Assembly (NCBI GenBank): GCA_016218635.1
Contig: JACRDJ010000095.1
Coordinates: forward strand, 1-29,560
DNA from: Candidatus Iainarchaeum sp.
Lineage (GTDB): Archaea; Iainarchaeota; Iainarchaeia; Iainarchaeales; JAFGBZ01
DNA: 29,560 nucleotides
Direction: 5' to 3'
Shown piece after piece: positions 8,173 to 14,577 of this stretch (position 1 is the first letter of the stretch; each line of letters begins with the position of its first letter). The position numbers were made by a program, and so were the translations under genes. Under the pieces are notes generated by a model that made no database searches, was not told where the DNA came from, and was given only the letters and a program-made list of their open reading frames with translations.

Positions 8173-8658
8173 CTAATGGCACGCTTTGTCTCCGCGTTTT
8201 AGTAAATATTTCTGGTGATATTCCTCGGCCTTGAAGAATTTCTGGGCGGGCTCAATCCGGGTCACGAGGGGTCGAGAAAATTTCTTGGATGCTTCCAGTT
8301 CCTGTTTGCTTTTTTCCGCAATCTTTTTTTGTTCCGGGGAGTGAAAGAAGATGGCGGAACGGTATTGTTCGCCGGCATCCGGCCCCTGGCGGTTTAAGGT
8401 AGTGGGGTCGTGAATTTCCCAGAATAATTCCACGAGTTTTTCATAGGATACTTTCCGGGGATCAAATTCAATCTGGACCACTTCCGCATGCCCCGTGTCT
8501 TCATAGCAGACTTCTTCGTAGGTGGGATTGGTTTTTCTTCCGCCCATGAATCCGGCCGCGGTGGATTTCACTCCGGGCACGGTGCGGAAGAATTCCCCGA
8601 TTCCCCAAAAGCATCCGCCCGCAAATGTGGCGGTTTCGGTTGAATCGGATTTATTCAT
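8173..8658 (-). CDS. msrA: Peptide-methionine (S)-S-oxide reductase; the track start is GTG 8667, ATG 8658 preferred
   Basis: FAGGCFWG catalytic motif, NPTYEEVC, GHAEVV, HDPT, QGPD-GEQYRS, AEEYHQKY and a C-terminal Cys. Confidence 0.95.
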   Translation of the reverse strand: MNKSDSTETATFAGGCFWGIGEFFRTVPGVKSTAAGFMGGRKTNPTYEEVCYEDTGHAEVVQIEFDPRKVSYEKLVELFWEIHDPTTLNRQGPDAGEQYRSAIFFHSPEQKKIAEKSKQELEASKKFSRPLVTRIEPAQKFFKAEEYHQKYLLKRGDKACH

Positions 8659-8701
8659 TGCATCCACGCCTCTTTGGGAACTCTTGTCTGTACTCTTTTT
8701 G

Positions 8702-8717
8702 GGAAAGCTTATTAATA
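8702..8717. promoter_or_regulatory. Palindromic TATA box (TATTAATA, 8710-8717) between the divergent msrA and exonuclease genes
   Basis: A perfect 8-bp palindrome preceded by GGAAAG on the plus strand and 25 nt before ATG 8742. Confidence 0.5.
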
Positions 8718-8741
8718 TGGATTTTGCTGGATAATCCAGTT

Positions 8742-9296
8742 ATGGGCAATTTTTATCTGGACATTGAAACCACGGGCCTGGATTCGCAGAAAGACAAAAT
8801 TATCACGATTCAGTTTCAGGAACTGGACAAGAATTCCGGGGAAGCCCTCGGAGAGCTGGTGATATTAAAGGAATGGGAATCCAGCGAACGCGACATCATC
8901 CGACAGTTTATTGAAAAGACCAGGATTGCGGACCCGTATCCGTTCGCATTTGTGCCCGTAGGCTATAACCTGAATTTTGAGCACAATTTCCTGAAGGAGC
9001 GCACGGCCCTGCATAGTTTTACGCCCCTTGATATTCTCAGCAAGCCTTTCATTGATCTGCGCCCGTTCGGCATCATCATGAACCGCGGGGAGTTTAAGGG
9101 TTCAGGGCTGGACAAAATAACGGCAAAGCCCATGAACGGGCGTTTGGTGCCCCAATGGTATTTTGCCCGCGAATTTGACCGGATTGTAGATTACGTCCGC
9201 ACGGAGACTGCCGCTTTCATTGAACTGAATGCCTGGCTGCACCGCGAAATGCCCTTATTCCTGGAACGATTCAAACAGGAACACTACATTAAGTGA
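8742..9296 (+). CDS. Stand-alone RNase H-fold (DEDD/DnaQ-like, RNase_H_2-type) exonuclease
   Basis: Start MGNFYLDIETTGLD carries the ExoI D-x-E. GYNLNFE is at the ExoII position and YVRTE at the ExoIII position. The track start at 8625 overlaps msrA and is unlikely. Confidence 0.72.
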   Translation: MGNFYLDIETTGLDSQKDKIITIQFQELDKNSGEALGELVILKEWESSERDIIRQFIEKTRIADPYPFAFVPVGYNLNFEHNFLKERTALHSFTPLDILSKPFIDLRPFGIIMNRGEFKGSGLDKITAKPMNGRLVPQWYFAREFDRIVDYVRTETAAFIELNAWLHREMPLFLERFKQEHYIK

Positions 9297-9374
9297 ACTC
9301 CTTTCGAATTCCCTTGAACTCATTCCCGTTTTTAAATCCGGGAGTTTTTATTTACTTTGCTGTTTTTCTGGTTC

Positions 9375-10298
9375 ATGCCCTCGGTTTTAAGAAGGTACGC
9401 GGATTCTCGCGGAATGAGGTTGGGCCCGGACACCGAAGACAACCTGAACGCGATTTTAGGGCGCCTGCAGGAGGAATGGGACAATTCTTCCGCTGGCGGA
9501 TTAAGAGATGAACTGATTTCCGCCTGTGCGGTGACCCTCAATGGCCTTGGAAAAATACGGGGCCCGGTTACTCTTTTTCGAAATCTGGGCCTGACTTTTG
9601 AGAACAGAGCCCACTGTATTTATACGCCTACCGTCCGGAACGCTTTCAACCGGCTTTATCTCAATGCAATAAAAAACGGTAAGCAAAAAGAAGTGTTCGA
9701 TGTATGGAGAAGATTTGGTAATCCTTTAACGAAAGCCAATGCCGGCAAGTACGTTCCTCTGCATGCTCTGGAAGCATTGCTGGACCACCCCCAGGACTAC
9801 GTTCAGATGGATGCTGCACGGATGCTGGGTTCCAGAAAGGATGGGTCCATGACCAGATTAAAGGATTTGCTTGGGAGTTCTAACTCCAATATCCGGAGGA
9901 AAGCTGCCAGGGAGTTGGGTTCCTGCAAGGATTTTCCATTAACCGGCCTGAAAGGCCTGCTGCATTCAGGCGATTGGTTCATTGAATTGGGGGCCGCGGA
10001 AGCCTTGTCCTCTCGCTTGAATTTTCCCTTGAAAAAATTAAAGGGCCTGCTGACTCACCCCCACGAGCAGATGCGGAAGCTGGCCGCAGAAGCTTTAGGC
10101 CGACGGAAGGACCTTCCTTCCGATGAATTGCGTGCATTGCTGCAGCATAGGGATAACGGGGTGGCGAAGGGTGCCAAGGACGCGCTGGCATCCAGATCCA
10201 GGCTCCCTAACCCGCTTTTTCCGCTTAAAGGAATCCATGGTAAACGAAAGCAGCGGAAAGAGGAAATGCACCGTCGTATGCAGCCTTTGCGGGGTTGA
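9375..10298 (+). CDS. HEAT/PBS-lyase-like repeat protein with an unrecognised N-terminal domain
   Basis: Five roughly 29-aa repeats of the form L..LL.H.....R..AA.ALG.RKD in the C-terminal half. ATG 9375 is preferred over TTG 9357. Confidence 0.75.
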   Translation: MPSVLRRYADSRGMRLGPDTEDNLNAILGRLQEEWDNSSAGGLRDELISACAVTLNGLGKIRGPVTLFRNLGLTFENRAHCIYTPTVRNAFNRLYLNAIKNGKQKEVFDVWRRFGNPLTKANAGKYVPLHALEALLDHPQDYVQMDAARMLGSRKDGSMTRLKDLLGSSNSNIRRKAARELGSCKDFPLTGLKGLLHSGDWFIELGAAEALSSRLNFPLKKLKGLLTHPHEQMRKLAAEALGRRKDLPSDELRALLQHRDNGVAKGAKDALASRSRLPNPLFPLKGIHGKRKQRKEEMHRRMQPLRG

Positions 10299-10405
10299 TT
10301 CTCCTTTCAGGGAACTTCCGGCTCCTAAAAGTCTGCCATTGAAGTAGATATTTAAAGCTTTGCAGGGCTTTTTATGTACGCTTATTCAGTGGAGTTATTG
10401 CGATT

Positions 10406-10729
10406 ATGTCCTCTAAAGCATCCAAGGGAAAACGAAAGAAATCCCGCGATTTAATGAAACGAAGGGGCCCTAAGCCTTCCGTGAACGACCTGATGGCCGT
10501 CTTCTCCGTGGGAACCCGGGTGCATATTAAGCTTAGTCCGTCCATCCATTCCGGTCTTCCAAGCCTTCGCTTTCAGGGAAAAACCGGGGAAGTGATCGGC
10601 AAACGCGGCCGAAGCTATGTGGTGGCCGTACGTTTAGGCAACCAGGCCCGTCAGCTGATTATCCCGGCTGCCCACCTGCAGGCTGCAGGTCCCGTTAAAA
10701 CCACTCCGGCCTCCATGGCCGCCGCCTGA
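10406..10729 (+). CDS. rpl21e: 50S ribosomal protein eL21 (L21e)
   Basis: G-RVHI...PSIHSGLP..RFQGKTGEVIGKRGRSY and P-HL motifs; first gene of the conserved rpl21e-rpoF-DUF655-rsmA block. Confidence 0.93.
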   Translation: MSSKASKGKRKKSRDLMKRRGPKPSVNDLMAVFSVGTRVHIKLSPSIHSGLPSLRFQGKTGEVIGKRGRSYVVAVRLGNQARQLIIPAAHLQAAGPVKTTPASMAAA

Positions 10730-10741
10730 AGGAATACAACC

Positions 10742-11080
10742 ATGTTGGGAAAAAAAATAAACTCCAAATCCATTCTCGGACTCATTGAAGTCAAGGAAAT
10801 CCTCAAAGAGCGCTCCACGGAGGAAACCCCAATGACCTATGAACAGCAGACGGCATTCGATTACACAAAAAAGTTTGTTGGACTCTCCAAATCCAAGTTC
10901 GAGAAACTGGTGGAAACCCTGAACAAAATCGAGGGCATGACTCCTGAAACGGCCGTTCGGATTGCCGACCTGCTGCCCAAAGACCTTGATGAACTCAATC
11001 TGCTTCTGGTGAAAGGCCCTTCCTTTTCCGAAGAGCAAAAAAAAGCTGTTTTGGACGAACTAACCAAAGCATTAAAATAG
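10742..11080 (+). CDS. rpoF: DNA-directed RNA polymerase subunit Rpo4 (F)
   Basis: EVKEIL, TYEQQ-A-DY-KKF and IADLLPKD..EL motifs; conserved synteny. Confidence 0.92.
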   Translation: MLGKKINSKSILGLIEVKEILKERSTEETPMTYEQQTAFDYTKKFVGLSKSKFEKLVETLNKIEGMTPETAVRIADLLPKDLDELNLLLVKGPSFSEEQKKAVLDELTKALK

Positions 11081-11115
11081 TTCTCCACCCTAATTATGTA
11101 GTTTCAGGGATTCTT

Positions 11116-11682
11116 ATGGAAGACAACGGTATTGTGCTGGATTTTCTGGCGCGCGGAAAAAGCAGCTCGTTTAAATCCGAGCCGCTGGCCCAGTTACTGG
11201 GCACCACCAGCTTCACACTCCTCGAAGTGGTTCCCCGGGAAGGGGTTACTCTTCAGATCGGCGAAAAAGTGTACATTGGCCGCAATGAACGCAGCCAGAT
11301 CAGCCACATCAAGAAACGGATTGAATTCCCCGAACTCACTTCCACCGCATTCAATGAACTGCCCAACGCCATCACCCAGGTCATTAATGCGGACCCCGCC
11401 AAGTTTCTTGCATTCTTCAATAAATCCCGCCCCATTTCCCTGCGGCTGCATCAAATGCAGCTCTTGCCCGGCGTGGGACCCAAGCACGTGCAGGAACTGC
11501 TTTTAGAGCGCGAGAAAGGGGACTTCATGTCCTTTGACCAGCTCTCCGACCGCGTGCCCTTCCTTCCTGACCCCGTGCAGATTCTGGTGAAACGCGTCCT
11601 CGAAGAACTCAAAGGCACGGATCAGAAGTATTACCTGTTCGTGCGCCCGCCAACCGAACCCGGCGAAGCCAGACGCAGGTAA
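11116..11682 (+). CDS. DUF655 family nucleic-acid-binding protein
   Basis: IVLDFL, FTLLEV, V-IG..ER, SLRLHQ-QLLPG-GPK (HhH) and KY-LFV motifs; conserved synteny. Confidence 0.9.
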   Translation: MEDNGIVLDFLARGKSSSFKSEPLAQLLGTTSFTLLEVVPREGVTLQIGEKVYIGRNERSQISHIKKRIEFPELTSTAFNELPNAITQVINADPAKFLAFFNKSRPISLRLHQMQLLPGVGPKHVQELLLEREKGDFMSFDQLSDRVPFLPDPVQILVKRVLEELKGTDQKYYLFVRPPTEPGEARRR

Positions 11683-11692
11683 GCGGTAAACC

Positions 11693-12505
11693 ATGAGTGA
11701 ACTGTTTAACCGGCTCAACGAACTCATGGTGAAATACGGGTTCCGTCCCCGCAAATCCCTTTCCCAGAATTTTTTGATTGATGCGCGCGTGATTTTGGCG
11801 TTGGTGGAATCCGCCGGTCTTAAACCCTCCGATCGCGTGCTGGAAATCGGCTCCGGAACCGGTTTTCTCACCCAGGAACTCCTTAAGCACTGTCCCGTCA
11901 TCGGCATTGAATCCGACCCCGTGCTGGCGGAACTCTTACGCAAAGAAATCGTTTCGGATTCCTTTGAACTCCTCGAAGGCGATTTTCTGAAACTTTCCCT
12001 GCCTTCGTTCTCCAAAATCGTCTGTGCCCCTCCGTACGGGATTTCCTCGGAATTAATGGGTCGCCTGGGCGGGCTTTCATTTGACTCCGCAGTGATGCTC
12101 CTGCAGTCCGATTTTGTGGCCAAACTCATGAGCTATCCGGGCATGCATGGATACAATGCGGTGAGCGTGATGGCCCAGTACTCGTTTGAACTGGAAGAAG
12201 TGTTCCGGGTTCCCCGGGAGGCCTTCTTTCCCAAGCCCAGCGTGATGACTTCCGGGCTCTTTCTGAAATCCGCGCGCGCGCACGGAACGGCCCGAAATGA
12301 ACCCGCATTCGCGCACTTCATCAAGGAACTCTTCCGCTTCAAGAACAAAAACCTCTCCCGCGCCTTCAAGGACGCGGCTCCCTTCATGGATTTAGGGAAG
12401 AATTCCGTTTCCATTGTTTCCGCCCACCCGCTGGCGGGAAAAAAAGTCATGCAACTCGAAGTCCACGAACTCGTGAACGTCTTCAACGAACTCATGAAAA
12501 AATAA
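11693..12505 (+). CDS. rsmA: 16S rRNA adenine dimethyltransferase RsmA/KsgA/Dim1
   Basis: SQNFL, VLEIGSGTG-LT, IGIESD and F-PKP-V-S motifs, plus synteny. Motif IV reads APPY rather than NxPY. Confidence 0.9.
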   Translation: MSELFNRLNELMVKYGFRPRKSLSQNFLIDARVILALVESAGLKPSDRVLEIGSGTGFLTQELLKHCPVIGIESDPVLAELLRKEIVSDSFELLEGDFLKLSLPSFSKIVCAPPYGISSELMGRLGGLSFDSAVMLLQSDFVAKLMSYPGMHGYNAVSVMAQYSFELEEVFRVPREAFFPKPSVMTSGLFLKSARAHGTARNEPAFAHFIKELFRFKNKNLSRAFKDAAPFMDLGKNSVSIVSAHPLAGKKVMQLEVHELVNVFNELMKK

Positions 12506-12534
12506 AAAAAAGGGGCCCGGAAGGGGGATCCGGG
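12504..12534 (-). terminator. Hairpin plus oligo-T terminator of the lipoprotein pseudogene
   Basis: Stem CCCGGA (12516-12521) / TCCGGG (12529-12534), followed on the minus strand by GCCCC and a T8 run. It closely matches 19141-19175. Confidence 0.65.
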
Positions 12535-12537
12535 AGA

Positions 12538-12916
12538 TTATTTACAGAATGCAGTGGCGGATACAATCCTCGTGTTTGTTTCCGGTGGGTTATACCCGGT
12601 ACAGGTCCAGGAGTCAATGTCAGCTCCTTCTAATCTTCCTACCGAATTACTCCCTCCGGCGCTTCTTGCAGTTGTGTAATCAAAGTTACAATAACCAATC
12701 ACTGCGAACTTTCCAGTTGGACAGGTGGCAGTTACTATGTATAGACGGCCAGGAAGTGCCTGAAAGGACTGAGTCACTACCGGGTATTAGAGAAAATCGC
12801 GCTGGTAGGACTCTTTGATAGCAGGGTTGCTTCCCCCGTGCTTCCTCCCTGTATCTGCGTGCCCCGCTGAGTATGAGCAGTAATGCGAGCGGGGCGGCTA
12901 AAAGTAATTTGTTCAT
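12538..12916 (-). pseudogene. Small Cys-rich secreted lipoprotein broken by two 1-nt deletions; paralogous leader with 19177-19641
   Basis: Frame 1 gives the signal peptide MNKLLLAAPLALLLILSG. Restoring one base (AGC GGG [T]GC ACG, as in the paralogue) gives CTQIQGGSTGEATLLSKSPTSAIFSNT. One more base in ACCCGG joins it to VVTQSFQALPGR...TATCPTGK..IGYC...WTC...ATAFCK*. Confidence 0.75.
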
Positions 12917-13040
12917 TCCTTTCCCTCCTTTTGGGCAGTATCCTTAACGTTTTTTTTGATAAACGTTTCGGTTTATGTAGTGGTTTGGGTTGGAGATTGG
13001 CCCGGTTCGATTCGGTGGGCAATAAAATCAATCAAAATTG

Positions 13041-13098
13041 ACTATAAGTAAACTGCAATATTACTTATACTGAAATACAAGTACTGCAAATATTGTAT
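13041..13098. promoter_or_regulatory. Two related AT-rich palindromes, operator-like
   Basis: TATAAGTAA-actgcaata-TTACTTATA (13043-13069, perfect 9-bp arms) and ATACAA-gtactgcaaata-TTGTAT (13075-13098); both have an ACTGCAA(A)TA centre. Confidence 0.5.
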
Positions 13099-13157
13099 CT
13101 TTTGGTCTGTTTGGTCGTTTCGTTACATTTAAATGGGTTTGAGGGCGTAATGGCTGT

Positions 13158-13538
13158 ATGCGTAAGGAAGTTTTTGACTGGCTGAATGCGGCCGAGGATG
13201 ATCTGCAAACAGCTCAGACACTTTTCTCCCAGGAAATTCATTATGCCTGTGCCTTTTACTGCCAGCAGTCCGCCGAAAAGGCTTTGAAGGCCGTTTACAT
13301 TCTCAAGCAGCGGAAGAGCACGCCGGTTCATAACCTGGTTGCCATTGCAAGGGAGCTGGGCGTACCGGAAGAGATTCTTTCAGCCTGTAGGAAACTGAAC
13401 CCGCACTATATTCAGACCCGTTACCCGGATGCGGCCAATGCGATACCCAAGGATGCCTACGATGAAGAAATTGCAGAAGAACTGCTGGAGAATGCCCGGG
13501 AGGTTTTTGAATGGAGCGAAAAGCAGTCCAGTCCGTAA
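13158..13538 (+). CDS. HEPN-domain protein (toxin of an MNT-HEPN, type VII-like TA pair)
   Basis: W...A..DL..A, YACAFYCQQSAEKALKA, HNL and RYP motifs of small archaeal HEPN proteins. TATA TTTAAAT at 13128-13134. Confidence 0.9.
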   Translation: MRKEVFDWLNAAEDDLQTAQTLFSQEIHYACAFYCQQSAEKALKAVYILKQRKSTPVHNLVAIARELGVPEEILSACRKLNPHYIQTRYPDAANAIPKDAYDEEIAEELLENAREVFEWSEKQSSP

Positions 13539-13825
13539 TCCGAAAGTTTGCCCAATGTCTTCGGAAAGACTTTAAGGATGCCAAGGTCATCTTGTTTGGT
13601 TCAAGGGCCCGAAACGATGCGCTGGCGGACTCTGATTATGATGTCCTGGTAGTCAGTTCGCAGTTTGGGGAAATGAATTTCTTTGAACGCACGGAAAAGA
13701 TGTATGCGTACTGGAATGAACGGGAGTCCCTGGAAGCCCTTTGTTATACGCCGGAAGAATTTCGGGAAAAGTCCGGCCGGATCGGCATTGTAAAAGAAGC
13801 CATCCGGACCGGAATAGCCTTGTAG
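13511..13825 (+). CDS. Minimal nucleotidyltransferase (MNT) antitoxin
   Basis: LFGSRARNDALADSDYD matches GS-x10-DxD, and YTPEEF is present. It overlaps the HEPN gene. Confidence 0.9.
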   Translation: MERKAVQSVIRKFAQCLRKDFKDAKVILFGSRARNDALADSDYDVLVVSSQFGEMNFFERTEKMYAYWNERESLEALCYTPEEFREKSGRIGIVKEAIRTGIAL

Positions 13826-14038
13826 TGTGTTCACTGAACAGCAGTTGTTTTGGTTGGGGTTGCCTTTTAATAAATTATGCATACTATAGTTAGTGACATT
13901 AATTTTTGGACGAAACAGGCAAATACTTTCCCAGGAAAGCCGAATTACTGTGTTTACGGCAGGTATTCAGGAAATGCCTGTCTAATTCTTTTTGTCCTTC
14001 ACTATATGTGAATACGAAATGCATTTGAGGTGATTTTT

Positions 14039-14293
14039 GTGGTGGATGCCCGGGTTTCGCTGAATAAGTATTCAAGTCAGGTTTTGTCGGTGGTGAAGGC
14101 CAGGTATGATTTGAGGGACAAGAGTGCAGCGTTGAATAAGTTTGTTGAGCTGTACGGGGTAAATGAACTGGAACCGGAAGTGGATGAGCAGTACGTAAAG
14201 AAAATCCTTTCCCTGGAGGGTTCGCATCTGAAAAAATACGGGCAAAAGCACACCTCTTTTTCGGATTTGCGAAAAATTGTTGAAGGCGACTGA
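14039..14293 (+). CDS. DUF2683-like antitoxin; the track start is GTG 14030, GTG 14039 preferred after the GAGGTGA RBS
   Basis: VL.VVKA.YDL.DKS.A.N....LEPE....Y.KK pattern; lies directly upstream of a RelE-family toxin. Confidence 0.7.
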   Translation: MVDARVSLNKYSSQVLSVVKARYDLRDKSAALNKFVELYGVNELEPEVDEQYVKKILSLEGSHLKKYGQKHTSFSDLRKIVEGD

Positions 14294-14575
14294 ATGGCTT
14301 TCAGGCACGGGTTTTCCGATGTTTTAAAGGACAAACTCCGGAAGCTTTTCCGCCATGACCGCCGCCGCTATGAACTTCTGATGAAAAAAATGGAGGAAAT
14401 CGCTTCAGCCGATGCAGGGGTGATTGAGCACTACAAAACTCTTCGCTATGATTTAAGCGATCGGAAGCGGGTTCATATTGACCGGAATTTTGTTCTGACT
14501 TTCTCGTTTGACAAGCGAAGCCAGTTCATTCTGTTTTTGAATTTTGATCATCACGACCGGATTTACCGAAGATAG
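14294..14575 (+). CDS. RelE/StbE/YafQ-family addiction module toxin
   Basis: 93 aa and basic, with HYK.LRYDL...KRVHI...FVL.F and DHHD.IY; abuts the antitoxin stop codon. Confidence 0.8.
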   Translation: MAFRHGFSDVLKDKLRKLFRHDRRRYELLMKKMEEIASADAGVIEHYKTLRYDLSDRKRVHIDRNFVLTFSFDKRSQFILFLNFDHHDRIYRR

Positions 14576-14577
14576 CG

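Noticed and set aside
8625-8741. N-terminal extension of the exonuclease given by the ORF track
   Set aside because: It overlaps the divergent msrA start and the promoter. The ExoI motif begins right after ATG 8742.
12970-13022. tRNA or tRNA-derived att site (TAGTGG D-loop-like and GGTTCGATTC T-loop-like words)
   Set aside because: The spacing between the two words is about 12 nt too short, the T-stem does not pair, and there is no acceptor stem or anticodon arm.
12777-13031. 84-aa ORF MILLPTES... as an independent gene
   Set aside because: Its only meaningful part (TQIQGGSTGEA...) is the frameshifted middle of the lipoprotein pseudogene. The rest runs through promoter DNA.
13158-14575. A discrete mobile element (prophage, IS or integrative element) carrying the TA genes
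   Set aside because: No integrase or transposase, terminal inverted repeats, target duplications or viral genes could be identified.
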